The notes beneath the pieces are model-generated. The model did not search any database. It saw only the letters and a program-made list of their open reading frames with translations, and was not told the DNA's origin. Positions 16,594-28,255 of a stretch of 64,000 nt of DNA are shown here, piece after piece. The stretch lies in assembly GCA_002297005.1 (NCBI GenBank), contig DBIX01000048.1, positions 23,793-87,792 of the forward strand, in the 5' to 3' direction. Every line of letters begins with the position of its first letter. Position 1 is the stretch's first letter. The DNA is from Cyanobacteria bacterium UBA791. GTDB lineage: Bacteria; Cyanobacteriota; Vampirovibrionia; Gastranaerophilales; Gastranaerophilaceae. Made by a program: the position numbers and the translations under genes.

Positions 16594-17841
16594 ATGATTA
16601 AAATAGGTACAGCATTATTTGAAGCATGTGAAGAACTTGAAAAAGAAAGAGGAATTTCAAAAGATGTATTGATTTCTTCTTTATGCGACGCAATGGTTGC
16701 AGCATACAAAAAACACATGAGAGTAAAAGAAGCCGCTAATATTGAAGCTATCCTAGATGAACAATCTGGTGAAATCGGTGTTTTCTGCACAAAAGTTGTT
16801 GTTAAATCAGTTGAAGACGGTATGGAAGATGAACAAATTTCTTTAGCAGAAGCAAAAGAAATCGACGAAGATGTTGAACTTGAAGACGAAGTTAAAATCG
16901 AAGTTACTCCAGAACAATTCGGACGTATCGCAGCTCAAGCAGCTAAACAAGTTATCACTCAAAGAATTAGAGAAGCTGAAAGAAACATGGTTCTTAACGA
17001 ATTCTTAGAAAAGAAAGGAACTTTGACAACAGGTATAATTCAAAGAGTTGAAAACAGAAACGTTATCGTTAACATCGGTAAAACTGATGCTATTATGCCT
17101 CAAAAAGAACAAATTCCTGGTGAATACTACAAACCTGGTAACAGAATTAGAGTATTCGTTCTTAACGTAAAAGAAACAACAAGATTACCACAAGTAATCG
17201 TTTCTCACGCTCACGCTGAAATCGTTAGAGAATTATTCGAACTTGAAGTTCCAGAAATCGAAGATAATATCGTAGAAATTAAATCAATTTCTCGTGAAGC
17301 AGGTTACAGAACAAAAATCGCTGTATGGTCAAATGACCCAGAAGTTGATTCAGTAGGTGCTTGTATTGGACCTAGAGGTTCAAGAATTCAAACAATCGTT
17401 GGCGAATTAAAAAATGAAAAAATCGACATCGTAAGATATTCAGAAGACCCAGTTGAATACATCGTAAACGCTTTATCACCAGCAAGAGTTGTATCAGTTG
17501 ATATTCTAGCAGATGATGAAGATGCTCACGAAGCTATGGTAGTTGTTCCAGATGACCAACTTTCATTAGCTATCGGTCGTGAAGGTCAAAACGTTAGACT
17601 TGCTCACAAATTAACTGGTTGGAAAATTGATATTAAATCAGTTTCTCAAATGGAAAAAGCTGAAGCTGAAGCTCAAAGAAATTATGAATACCAAGACGAA
17701 GCTCCAGAACAAGAAGTTAATTATGATGAAGACGAAATCAATGAAGAAATTGCTGAAGAAATGAACCAACAAGGCGTTGATGAAGACGATATGGTTGCAG
17801 AAGAAGCAGTTGAAGAACAAGAAGACGATTCTGAAGAATAA
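16594..17841 (+). CDS. nusA: Transcription termination/antitermination factor NusA
   Basis: An S1-like domain and KH domains are present (GACIGPRGSRIQ, AIGREGQNVRLA). There is an acidic C-terminal tail. Confidence 0.93.
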   Translation: MIKIGTALFEACEELEKERGISKDVLISSLCDAMVAAYKKHMRVKEAANIEAILDEQSGEIGVFCTKVVVKSVEDGMEDEQISLAEAKEIDEDVELEDEVKIEVTPEQFGRIAAQAAKQVITQRIREAERNMVLNEFLEKKGTLTTGIIQRVENRNVIVNIGKTDAIMPQKEQIPGEYYKPGNRIRVFVLNVKETTRLPQVIVSHAHAEIVRELFELEVPEIEDNIVEIKSISREAGYRTKIAVWSNDPEVDSVGACIGPRGSRIQTIVGELKNEKIDIVRYSEDPVEYIVNALSPARVVSVDILADDEDAHEAMVVVPDDQLSLAIGREGQNVRLAHKLTGWKIDIKSVSQMEKAEAEAQRNYEYQDEAPEQEVNYDEDEINEEIAEEMNQQGVDEDDMVAEEAVEEQEDDSEE

Positions 17842-17866
17842 TTAATTTTTACAGATACAAAAAAGA

Positions 17867-17897
17867 GGGAAAGTTTTAAATAAAACTTTCCCTTTTT
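17867..17897. terminator. Bidirectional terminator between nusA and the convergent 130-aa gene
   Basis: 12-bp arms gggaaagtttta / taaaactttccc, flanked by an A-run and a T-run. Confidence 0.7.
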
Positions 17898-17908
17898 AAA
17901 TCCTTTAT

Positions 17909-18301
17909 CTATGCGACAAGATTTAAACCTTGTTTCTTTTGATTTTCTTTTTCTTTAAGTTTTAAATATCTTTCGCATTGTTTAGTTTTGTCATAACCAA
18001 GTAATACACCTAAAATAAAATCTTGTTCAGGAGTATATTTACCAAGTTCAGGTTGATTAAAAGATTTAATTACATCAACACAAGGTTTATCACCAAAGAA
18101 CACGTTAAGATTTCTACCACCAGGAGCAGGATTAAGCATGTAATTCAAATTATCACGTTTTAGACGTTTTTCAATAACATCTTTATCTTTCATGCTTTCT
18201 ACTTGAAGAACAAGAGGTCTAATACCATGTTTATATCCATAAATATGTTCATTAAGAACGCTCATATTTGGTTGTGCTGGACTTACAGGTGATATAGCCA
18301 T
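17909..18301 (-). CDS. Hypothetical protein (130 aa)
   Basis: Clean ORF between a terminator and the tuf promoter region. I cannot securely recognise a family. Confidence 0.55.
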   Translation of the reverse strand: MAISPVSPAQPNMSVLNEHIYGYKHGIRPLVLQVESMKDKDVIEKRLKRDNLNYMLNPAPGGRNLNVFFGDKPCVDVIKSFNQPELGKYTPEQDFILGVLLGYDKTKQCERYLKLKEKENQKKQGLNLVA

Positions 18302-18400
18302 AATTTACTCCTTTTTGTAACGTAATAAGTCGCTCATATAACGCTTGTGAAAAAAATTTTTGCTAGCACAGTTCACAAAAATTTACAAATAAAATTAAAG

Positions 18401-18428
18401 TTGACATCAAAGTATTAGCATATAAAAT
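18401..18428 (+). promoter_or_regulatory. Sigma-70-type promoter upstream of tuf
   Basis: TTGACA (18401-18406), a 16-nt spacer, then TAAAAT (18423-18428). It lies about 70 nt upstream of the tuf ATG. Confidence 0.5.
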
Positions 18429-18498
18429 GGTAATATAGCTTAGTAGTATAAGTTAAAAAATAGTACATATTTAAGAAAAGAAAAAGGAGACCACTAAA

Positions 18499-19707
18499 AT
18501 GGCACGCGAAAAGTACGAAAGAACGAAACCACACGTTAACGTTGGTACTATTGGTCACGTTGACCACGGTAAAACAACATTAACAGCAGCAATTACTGCA
18601 ACATTAGCAGCTGCTGGTCAAGCAGAATTAAAAAAATTCGATGAAATCGATGCTGCTCCAGAAGAAAAAGCAAGAGGTATTACAATCTCTACAGCTCACG
18701 TAGAATACGAAACAGCAACAAGACACTATGCTCACGTTGACTGCCCAGGCCACGCCGACTACGTTAAAAACATGATTACAGGTGCTGCTCAAATGGACGG
18801 TGCAATTCTTGTAGTTGCAGCAACAGATGGTGCAATGCCTCAAACTCGTGAACACATCCTACTTGCAAGACAAGTTGGTGTTCCAAACTTAGTAGTATTC
18901 TTAAATAAATGTGATATGGTTGACGATCCAGAATTATTAGAATTAGTAGAAATGGAAGTTAGAGAATTATTAACTTCTTACGAATTCGATGGTGACAACA
19001 TTCCATTCATCCACGGTTCAGCTTTAAAAGCTTTAGAGGCAGTTCAAGCTAACCCATCAATCAAACGTGGCGATGACAAATGGGTTGACAAAATTTGGGA
19101 ATTAATGGATGCATTAGATTCATACTTCCCAGAACCTGTTCGTGACTTAGACAAACCATTCTTGATGCCAGTTGAAGACGTATTCTCAATCACTGGTCGT
19201 GGTACAGTTGCTACTGGTAGAGTAGAACGTGGTATCGTAAAAGTTGGTGATGAAGTTGAAATCGTTGGTTTAGGTGAAACTAAGAAAACAACTGTTACAG
19301 GTGTTGAAATGTTCAGAAAATCTCTTGACCAAGGTCAAGCAGGTGATAACATCGGTGCTTTATTAAGAGGTGTTGATAAAACTGATATTCAACGTGGTCA
19401 AGTATTGGCTAAAGTTGGTTCAATTCACCCACACACAAAATTCACAGCTAACGTTTACGTATTGAAAAAAGAAGAAGGCGGACGTCACACTCCATTCTTC
19501 CCTGGTTACAGACCACAATTCTATATCAGAACAACTGACGTAACTGGTTCAATCAAATTCGATGGCGAAATGGTAATGCCTGGTGATAACGTAGTAATGG
19601 AAGTTGAATTAATCGCTCCAGTTGCTATCGAAGAAGGTATGAGATTCGCTATTCGTGAAGGCGGACGTACAGTTGGTGCTGGTGTTGTAGACAAAATTAT
19701 TGAATAG
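18499..19707 (+). CDS. tuf: Elongation factor Tu
   Basis: [18 protein letters not shown] and NKCD GTPase motifs are present, with near-universal EF-Tu sequence throughout. A strong AAGGAG Shine-Dalgarno is present. Confidence 0.97.
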   Translation: MAREKYERTKPHVNVGTIGHVDHGKTTLTAAITATLAAAGQAELKKFDEIDAAPEEKARGITISTAHVEYETATRHYAHVDCPGHADYVKNMITGAAQMDGAILVVAATDGAMPQTREHILLARQVGVPNLVVFLNKCDMVDDPELLELVEMEVRELLTSYEFDGDNIPFIHGSALKALEAVQANPSIKRGDDKWVDKIWELMDALDSYFPEPVRDLDKPFLMPVEDVFSITGRGTVATGRVERGIVKVGDEVEIVGLGETKKTTVTGVEMFRKSLDQGQAGDNIGALLRGVDKTDIQRGQVLAKVGSIHPHTKFTANVYVLKKEEGGRHTPFFPGYRPQFYIRTTDVTGSIKFDGEMVMPGDNVVMEVELIAPVAIEEGMRFAIREGGRTVGAGVVDKIIE

Positions 19708-19741
19708 TCTATTACATCATACCATTCGGTATAATTTTAAA

Positions 19742-19772
19742 AGACCTCTTGATTTTTCAAGGGGTCTTTTTT
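19742..19772 (+). terminator. Rho-independent terminator after tuf
   Basis: agacctcttg...caaggggtct hairpin followed by a T-run. Confidence 0.75.
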
Positions 19773-19917
19773 ATTTACTAACTTAAATGTAGTATTTATA
19801 AGATTTCTTCTTCTATTTTTTTTAAATTCATGTTAAGATATAGGAAAATAAAATATTGTAATTTTTTATTTTTAATTTATAATGAACTTAATAAAGACAA
19901 TAAAATCTGGAGTAAAA

Positions 19918-20574
19918 ATGACTGAAAATTTTAATGAAGATATGAACAAAAATATCATTGAAGCTTTACAACAACAACCTCAAGAAGAAGCTGACGAACT
20001 TGATTTCACAGAAGAAGATACAGCAACACTAGATGCTGTTGACGAAATGAACGCAGAAGAATCAGCTCCTCAAATGGATGATGAAGATTTTTCTATGCTA
20101 AATGACTTAACAGAAGAAGAACCTGCTAATGAAACACCTGCATACGAAGCTCCATCATACCAAGCACCTGTTTATGAAGCTCCTGTTCATGAGGAACCAG
20201 TTTACGAATCTCATGAAGAAGTTTCACCACACGCTGTTGTTGAAAAATTAGCTGATGAATTATACCAATTTGAAATTCCATCAAACGTAGCTGTTTTGAA
20301 AAAATTAATTTCACAACTTCCATCAGGTGTTACTAGACAAACTGGTGCTCAAATCATCAAACAAACAATGGAAGCTTTAGGTATTTCAATGAAGAGCGTT
20401 TTACAAGATGCACAAGCTGTTCAAGAAAAATTGAACAATTCTGCTAAAGAATGCCAAGCAACTATTCAAGAATACAAAAGACAAATTGCTACTTTAGAAG
20501 AACAAGCATCTAGCTACAAAAAACAATACAATAACTTAAATGATTTGGTAAGCTTATTCATCCAACACCAATAA
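19918..20574 (+). CDS. Hypothetical acidic protein with pentapeptide repeats and a coiled-coil C-terminus
   Basis: The start is taken at MTENFNED (GGAG Shine-Dalgarno 6 nt upstream), although the track ORF begins at 19882. The N-terminal half is very acidic. I recognise no family. Confidence 0.6.
   Translation: MTENFNEDMNKNIIEALQQQPQEEADELDFTEEDTATLDAVDEMNAEESAPQMDDEDFSMLNDLTEEEPANETPAYEAPSYQAPVYEAPVHEEPVYESHEEVSPHAVVEKLADELYQFEIPSNVAVLKKLISQLPSGVTRQTGAQIIKQTMEALGISMKSVLQDAQAVQEKLNNSAKECQATIQEYKRQIATLEEQASSYKKQYNNLNDLVSLFIQHQ
20137..20211 (+). repeat. Five in-frame tandem 15-nt repeats (PAYEA PSYQA PVYEA PVHEE PVYES)
   Basis: Read directly from the sequence: cct gca tac gaa gct / cca tca tac caa gca / cct gtt tat gaa gct / cct gtt cat gag gaa / cca gtt tac gaa tct. 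Confidence 0.8.
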
Positions 20575-20601
20575 TTTAAAGTTAAAAACAAATATCAAAA
20601 A

Positions 20602-20632
20602 AGACCTACTTTTTAAAGTAGGTCTTTTTTAT
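20602..20632 (+). terminator. Rho-independent terminator
   Basis: agacctact-ttttaa-agtaggtct hairpin followed by a T-run. Confidence 0.75.
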
Positions 20633-20708
20633 GATACGAATTCTAATAGATTTTTGCGACAAGCAATCCAAACTTTACAATAATGAACTCAATTTATTTA
20701 CATGCTAA

Positions 20709-22703
<1,995 letters not shown>

Positions 22704-22707
22704 TTTT

Positions 22708-22980
22708 ATGAATAAAAATATAAGAATTATAGATGTAAATGGTATTATGGGTTTATTACTATTTATGTTTATTTTGATGTGTTTGGGTGTAGGGTTTATC
22801 GTATTCCCAGGGTTTTTATTCATGGCTATTTGGAATTTTGTATCTGATACATTTTTTGTTATTCCAGAAATCAACTTCTTGCAAGGTGAACTTCTTTGGG
22901 CTATTATCTTTATAAGTTTTTGCCTATTAACTAATAACAGAGTTATGGTTTCTATGGTAAATCGTAAGATTAAAAAATAG
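22708..22980 (+). CDS. Small hydrophobic membrane protein (90 aa)
   Basis: Two to three predicted TM segments. It starts 4 nt after ligA. I recognise no family. Confidence 0.45.
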   Translation: MNKNIRIIDVNGIMGLLLFMFILMCLGVGFIVFPGFLFMAIWNFVSDTFFVIPEINFLQGELLWAIIFISFCLLTNNRVMVSMVNRKIKK

Positions 22981-22998
22981 TTACAAAGGAGATTTACT

Positions 22999-23715
22999 AT
23001 GAATAAGAAATTTTTAACAGCATTAGTTGTGTTGTGTGTGACTGTGTGCTGTTCTGGTTTGTATGCCGTTGCTGAAAACGGTTATATTGATGTATATTTA
23101 ACAAAAACTAGAGAAGTTGCACCAAATAAAGCTGAAATCGTTATTGGTGTAGAAACTTCTAACAAATCTGCAAAAATTGCAGCTGATGAAAATAAAAAGA
23201 TTTCTAATAATATCCAATCAAAAATCAAAACTTTAATAAAAGAAGATAAAGGTGATTATATTAAAACTTCTAACTATAGCTTATCACCAAGAACAATTTA
23301 TAAAGACGGTAAATCAATCTTTGATAAATACGTTGCAGTAAATACTATTACTGTTTATACAAAAGATTTAGAGGCTGTTTCAAAAATCGTTGATACAGCA
23401 GTTGCAAATGGAGCTACAAACATTAACGACTTAAACTTCTCAATTTCTGATTACGATGATGTTTGTACAGAAATGATGGCTGATTTAGCTGGAAAAGCAA
23501 AAGCAAGAGCAGAAAAACTTGTTGCTCCAACTGGTTCAAAAGTTAAGGGCGTAAAATCAATGGATGCAAATTGTTCTGCACAAGGTAATTATCCAAGAGT
23601 AATGTATTCAATGAACAAAATGGAAGCAGCTGGTGCGATGAAAGACAGTACACCTATTCAAAAAGGTAAAGTTAAATTGAACGCATCAGTAAATGCATCA
23701 TTCTTTATTAAATAG
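22999..23715 (+). CDS. SIMPL/DUF541-like secreted protein
   Basis: It has a signal peptide, and its overall pattern and ~238-aa length resemble 26-kDa periplasmic SIMPL-domain proteins. This is a motif-level impression only. Confidence 0.55.
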   Translation: MNKKFLTALVVLCVTVCCSGLYAVAENGYIDVYLTKTREVAPNKAEIVIGVETSNKSAKIAADENKKISNNIQSKIKTLIKEDKGDYIKTSNYSLSPRTIYKDGKSIFDKYVAVNTITVYTKDLEAVSKIVDTAVANGATNINDLNFSISDYDDVCTEMMADLAGKAKARAEKLVAPTGSKVKGVKSMDANCSAQGNYPRVMYSMNKMEAAGAMKDSTPIQKGKVKLNASVNASFFIK

Positions 23716-23721
23716 GGGTAA

Positions 23722-24066
23722 ATGATGATAAAAAAATACAGTCTATTACTAGCACTTTTTTTAACACTTCCTGCTTTTGCATATTTTGAGCCTGACTGGT
23801 CGGAATTTTGCCCACCTCAATATGTAAATTTAAGCACTTCTAAAAAATATTTTTGGGCTGAAAAGAAGTATTGGTTAAATAGAAAAGTAAATTTTGAAAA
23901 AAATAAAAGTTATTGCGAAACTCAAAAGAACAAAGAAAATTGTTTTGCAGAATTAAGACAAAGCGAATTAAATAAAAATAAGGTATATTTTTCACAATTA
24001 CAGATAGACCAACAAAGAGCAAACTCAGCAATAATGTATAATTCAATTAATAGCTTAAAATATTAG
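23722..24066 (+). CDS. Secreted hypothetical protein (114 aa)
   Basis: It has a signal peptide (LLLALFLTLPAFA), four Cys residues and a Lys/Asn-rich composition. Confidence 0.5.
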   Translation: MMIKKYSLLLALFLTLPAFAYFEPDWSEFCPPQYVNLSTSKKYFWAEKKYWLNRKVNFEKNKSYCETQKNKENCFAELRQSELNKNKVYFSQLQIDQQRANSAIMYNSINSLKY

Positions 24067-24088
24067 ATATGAATATTATCATTGTTTT

Positions 24089-24145
24089 GGATTGCTTCGT
24101 CGCAAGCTCCTAGCAAGAATATTATGTTGGGGTAGAAACCCCAAC
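24089..24145. repeat. GC-rich palindromic element in an AT-rich spacer
   Basis: ggattgcttcgtcgcaagctcctagcaag is followed by the hairpin gttgggg-tagaaa-ccccaac. The first 17 nt recur in inverted form, with one indel, at 20654-20669. Confidence 0.4.
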
Positions 24146-24344
24146 CTACAAAAATAAATTTTTATTCGACCATATTTTATTGAATAATTTTCACTTAATG
24201 AAACAATCTCAAAGACAAATTCTGTTTGAACATAGTAAGTTAATTTGTCTTGAGTTGAATTTAGTAAAAATTAATGAAATAAAATTAGGGAGAGAGTTTC
24301 TTTTGTTTCGTTTGCTTGGTTGCTCGCATTAAACGTGCCTACGA

Positions 24345-24383
24345 TTTACTGTTTTACAGACTTTTTCTGCTTAAAACAGTAAA
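24345..24383. repeat. Perfect 12-bp inverted repeat (stem-loop)
   Basis: tttactgtttta (24345-24356) and taaaacagtaaa (24372-24383) are separated by a 15-nt loop. The repeat is flanked by gctcgca-type GC-rich motifs. Confidence 0.5.
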
Positions 24384-24467
24384 ATCTTCGCACTATGCTC
24401 GCAATCCGCTTATTGTCGGTACAAGAAAATGAAAATAAGTTTAATTTAAATACTCAAAGCTGGTAAG

Positions 24468-24488
24468 ATTCTGAATCAAGTTCAGAAT
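24468..24488. repeat. Short hairpin element attctgaa-tcaag-ttcagaat
   Basis: 8-bp perfect arms read directly from the sequence. Confidence 0.4.
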
Positions 24489-24499
24489 GACAATCTTTT

Positions 24500-24540
24500 A
24501 AAAATTAAAGGGGCGAAATTCAAAATTGAATTTCGCCTCT
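24500..24540 (-). terminator. Terminator downstream of the PFOR gene
   Basis: ggcgaaattca-aaat-tgaatttcgcc is an 11-bp stem (24512-24537) with T-rich sequence following on the minus strand. Confidence 0.7.
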
Positions 24541-24568
24541 TAAACTTATAATTATTATTTAATTATAA

Positions 24569-27500
24569 TTATAGTATTTCACCAATAGCTTTGTATTGAG
24601 CCATACGGTTTTTAGCATCTTCTGCTGCTTTTGTATAAAGTTCTTCAGCATGATCAGGGTTTGTTTTAACTAATGATTTATAACGACCTTCTGATTTGAT
24701 GAAGTCTTCATAGTTGCCAGTTGGTTCTTTAGCATCCCAAGTGAATGGTTTTTCAGCTTCAGGATTGTATCTGTAAAGTGGGAAGTAACCAGCTTCAACA
24801 GCACGTTTTTGTTCTGTTTGAGTTTTACTCATATCGATACCGTGAGCGATACAAGGAGCATAAGCGAAGATGATTGATGGACCGTTGTATGCTTCAGCTT
24901 CTTGGAATGCTTTTAGAGTTTGGTTTCTATCAGCACCTAGAGCAACTGATGCAACGTATACGTAACCGTAAGACATGCTCATCAAGCCCATGTTTTTCTT
25001 GTATGTTGGTTTACCACCTGTAGCAAACTTAGCAACAGCACCTGTTGGTGTTGATTTAGAAGCTTGACCACCTGTGTTAGAGTAAACTTCTGTATCAAGA
25101 ACTAAGATGTTAACGTTTTTGTTTTGAGCTAATACGTGGTCGATACCGCCGTATCCGATGTCGTTTGCCCAACCGTCACCACCGATAATCCATAATGATT
25201 TATCTGTGAAGTAATCTTGAAGTTCTCTTACTTTTGCAAGATCTTTGCAATCTACATCAGCGTATTTTGCAAGAACTACTTTTGCTTCATCTTGAGCTTT
25301 AACAGCTTCTGCTGTTTTTGAGTTATCCCAATGTTCCATAGCACCTTTTAATGCGTCTTTCAAGTCTTGAGGAGTTTTTTCGTTTTCAAGAACTTTTTCA
25401 ACGTATGTTTTTAAGATACTTCTGTTAGAATCGATTGCTAATCTCATACCAAAACCAAATTCAGCATTATCTTCAAATAATGAGTTAGCCCAAGCTGGAC
25501 CTCTGCCTTCTTTAGTTTTTGTATAAGGGATTGTTGGGAATGTACCAGAATAGATTGATGAACAACCTGTTGCGTTAGCAACAACTGCATTTTCACCAAA
25601 TAATTGTGATACTAATTTAACGTATGGAGTTTCACCACAACCTGCACAAGCACCAGAGAATTCGAATAATGGTTTTCTCAACATAGCACCTTTAACAGTT
25701 TTTGTTGTGTTTTTACCCATTACATTATCAGGAGTTGCATCGAAGAATTTTTCATTTTCTTCTTCACCTGCTGCGTCTTCAACTTCAATTGATGACCAAG
25801 ATAAAGCTGGAGCTTCAGGTTTTCTTTGGTTTACTGGACATTGGTCTAAGCAAACACCACAACCTGTACAATCTTTGCAGTAAACTTGAACTTTGAATTT
25901 TTCGCCGTTTGCATTTGGTTTAGCGTCAACTGCGTTGAATGATGCTGGAGCACCTTCCATATCTTTAGCTTCAATTAATTTAGTTCTAATTGCAGCGTGT
26001 GGACAAGCTGATGCACAAATACCACATTGTAAACAAGCTTCGCTATTCCAATGAGGAACTCTTGGTGCGATACCACGTTTTTCTAAGCAAGCTGTGCCTG
26101 TAGGAATTACACCGTCATTTGACATAGCTGAAACAGGGATGTCATCACCTTTTTGTCTCATTGATGGTTCAATGATTTTCTTAGCAAATTCATCAGCGTT
26201 ATCTGGAATTAATTTAATGTCTTCAGCGTGAGCAACACCGTCTAAAGAAGCTGGAACTACAACCTCTTCACAAGCGTTAACAGCTGCGTCGATTAATGCT
26301 AAGTTCATATTTACAACATCGTCGCCTTTTTTCTTGAATGTTTTCTTAGTCATTTCTCTCATACCTTCAAGAGCTTGTTCGAATGGAATGATGCCTGAAA
26401 CTTTGAAGTAAGCTACCATCATTACTGTATTAGCACCTTTACCTCTTAAACCAGGTTGTTCCTTGATTAATTTTTCAGCGTCTACGTTGTAGAATTTGAT
26501 TTTCTTATTGATGATTGTTTCTTGCATATCTCTTGTTAAGTGAGCAAAAGCTTCTTCTTTAGAGTATGGAGAATTTAATAAGAATGTACCGCCTTCTTTA
26601 ATACCTTTTAAGATATCATATCTGCCAATGTAAGCATGTGCTGAACATGATACAAAGTCAGGAGCAGTAATTAAGTATGTTGATTTAATTGGTTTGTCAC
26701 CGAATCTCAAGTGAGATACTGTAACACCAAATGATTTTTTAGAGTCATAAGCAAAGTATGCTTGAGCATCTTTGTCTGTGTATTGACCAATGATTTTAAT
26801 AGAGTTTTTGTTAGCACCAACAGTACCGTCTGAACCTAAGCCCCAGAACATACAATTTGTAGTTCCTTCTGGTTCTGTAACGATGTGTTCTTCAACTTTT
26901 AATGATTTGTTTGTAACATCATCTTCGATACCAACTGTAAATCCGTGGAAACCATTGTTTTCTGAATGTTTGTAAATAGCTAATACCATTGATGGTGTAA
27001 ATTCTTTAGAAGATAAACCATAACGACCGCCGATAACTCTAACGTCTTTGTTTTCGATAGCTGCTACAACATCCATGTATAAAGGTTCACCGATAGAACC
27101 AGGTTCTTTAGTTCTGTCTAAAACAGCAATTCTCTTAACTGATTTAGGAAGAGCTTCGTTGAATCTCTTAACATCGAATGGTCTGTATAATCTAACTTTA
27201 ACTAAACCGTATTTAGTACCTCTAGTTGCATTTAAGTAATCGATAGTTTCTTCGATAGTTTCGCAACCAGAACCGATAGCTACGATAACATCAGTTGCAT
27301 CTGGTGCACCAACGTAATCGAATGGGTGGTATTGACGACCAGTAACTTTAGCAACTTTGTCCATGTATTCTTGAACAATGTCAGGAACTGCGTCATAATA
27401 TTTATTAACTGTTTCACGACCTTGGAAGTATACGTCTGTATTTTGTGCACCAACTTTACAAATTGGAGCTTCTGGTCTTAATGCTCTTTGTCTGAATTCT

Positions 27501-28102
27501 TCAATATATTGTGGTTCAACTAATGAAGCAATGTCTTCGTAAGAAATTTCTTCAATTTTGTGAATTTCGTGAGAAGTTCTGAAACCATCAAAGAATTGTA
27601 AGAATGGAACTTTAGCTTTGTAAGTAGATAAGTGAGCTACTAAAGCCATATCCATTTCTTCTTGAACGCTGTTTGCAGCTAACATAGCATAACCTGTATT
27701 TCTGCAACCCATAACGTCTGTGTGATCACCAAAGATTGCTAATGATTGAGCTGCTAAAGCACGAGCTGATACGTGGATTACGTGAGGAATCATTTCCCCA
27801 GCTACTTTGTGCATTACAGGAATCATCAATAATAAACCTTGTGATGCTGTGTAAGTTGAAGTTAATGAACCTGCTGCTAAAGAACCGTGAACTGCACCAG
27901 CTGCACCAGCTTCTGATTGCATTTCTGCTACACGAACTTCTTTGCCCCAGATGTTCTTTTTGTGTTGTGATGCCCATTCATCAATCCATTCACCCATTGT
28001 AGATGAAGGAGTAATTGGGTAGATTGCTGATACTTCGCTTAAAGCATACGCAACATGTGCTGCAGCGTAGTTACCATCAACTGTTATTGTCTTTCCTGGC
28101 AT
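24569..28102 (-). CDS. nifJ: Pyruvate:ferredoxin (flavodoxin) oxidoreductase, single-polypeptide type
   Basis: The 1177-aa protein has two 4Fe-4S ferredoxin motifs (CLQCGICASACP, CTGCGVCLDQCP). It also has a TPP-binding GGDGW motif, and its N-terminus MPGKTITVDGNYAAAHVAYA is typical of PFOR. Confidence 0.95.
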   Translation of the reverse strand: MPGKTITVDGNYAAAHVAYALSEVSAIYPITPSSTMGEWIDEWASQHKKNIWGKEVRVAEMQSEAGAAGAVHGSLAAGSLTSTYTASQGLLLMIPVMHKVAGEMIPHVIHVSARALAAQSLAIFGDHTDVMGCRNTGYAMLAANSVQEEMDMALVAHLSTYKAKVPFLQFFDGFRTSHEIHKIEEISYEDIASLVEPQYIEEFRQRALRPEAPICKVGAQNTDVYFQGRETVNKYYDAVPDIVQEYMDKVAKVTGRQYHPFDYVGAPDATDVIVAIGSGCETIEETIDYLNATRGTKYGLVKVRLYRPFDVKRFNEALPKSVKRIAVLDRTKEPGSIGEPLYMDVVAAIENKDVRVIGGRYGLSSKEFTPSMVLAIYKHSENNGFHGFTVGIEDDVTNKSLKVEEHIVTEPEGTTNCMFWGLGSDGTVGANKNSIKIIGQYTDKDAQAYFAYDSKKSFGVTVSHLRFGDKPIKSTYLITAPDFVSCSAHAYIGRYDILKGIKEGGTFLLNSPYSKEEAFAHLTRDMQETIINKKIKFYNVDAEKLIKEQPGLRGKGANTVMMVAYFKVSGIIPFEQALEGMREMTKKTFKKKGDDVVNMNLALIDAAVNACEEVVVPASLDGVAHAEDIKLIPDNADEFAKKIIEPSMRQKGDDIPVSAMSNDGVIPTGTACLEKRGIAPRVPHWNSEACLQCGICASACPHAAIRTKLIEAKDMEGAPASFNAVDAKPNANGEKFKVQVYCKDCTGCGVCLDQCPVNQRKPEAPALSWSSIEVEDAAGEEENEKFFDATPDNVMGKNTTKTVKGAMLRKPLFEFSGACAGCGETPYVKLVSQLFGENAVVANATGCSSIYSGTFPTIPYTKTKEGRGPAWANSLFEDNAEFGFGMRLAIDSNRSILKTYVEKVLENEKTPQDLKDALKGAMEHWDNSKTAEAVKAQDEAKVVLAKYADVDCKDLAKVRELQDYFTDKSLWIIGGDGWANDIGYGGIDHVLAQNKNVNILVLDTEVYSNTGGQASKSTPTGAVAKFATGGKPTYKKNMGLMSMSYGYVYVASVALGADRNQTLKAFQEAEAYNGPSIIFAYAPCIAHGIDMSKTQTEQKRAVEAGYFPLYRYNPEAEKPFTWDAKEPTGNYEDFIKSEGRYKSLVKTNPDHAEELYTKAAEDAKNRMAQYKAIGEIL

Positions 28103-28255
28103 AAATAAACCTCCTTATTAGTTTTCTATCCAGCTACTATTTTAAAATACATTTTTAAAAGGTTAAAACTCTCTTAACTCTCTTCTTACATGTACTACTT
28201 TATTTTACGTCAAACATAAAAAATTTGTTAGTTTTTTATATTATTTTTCTCTAAC

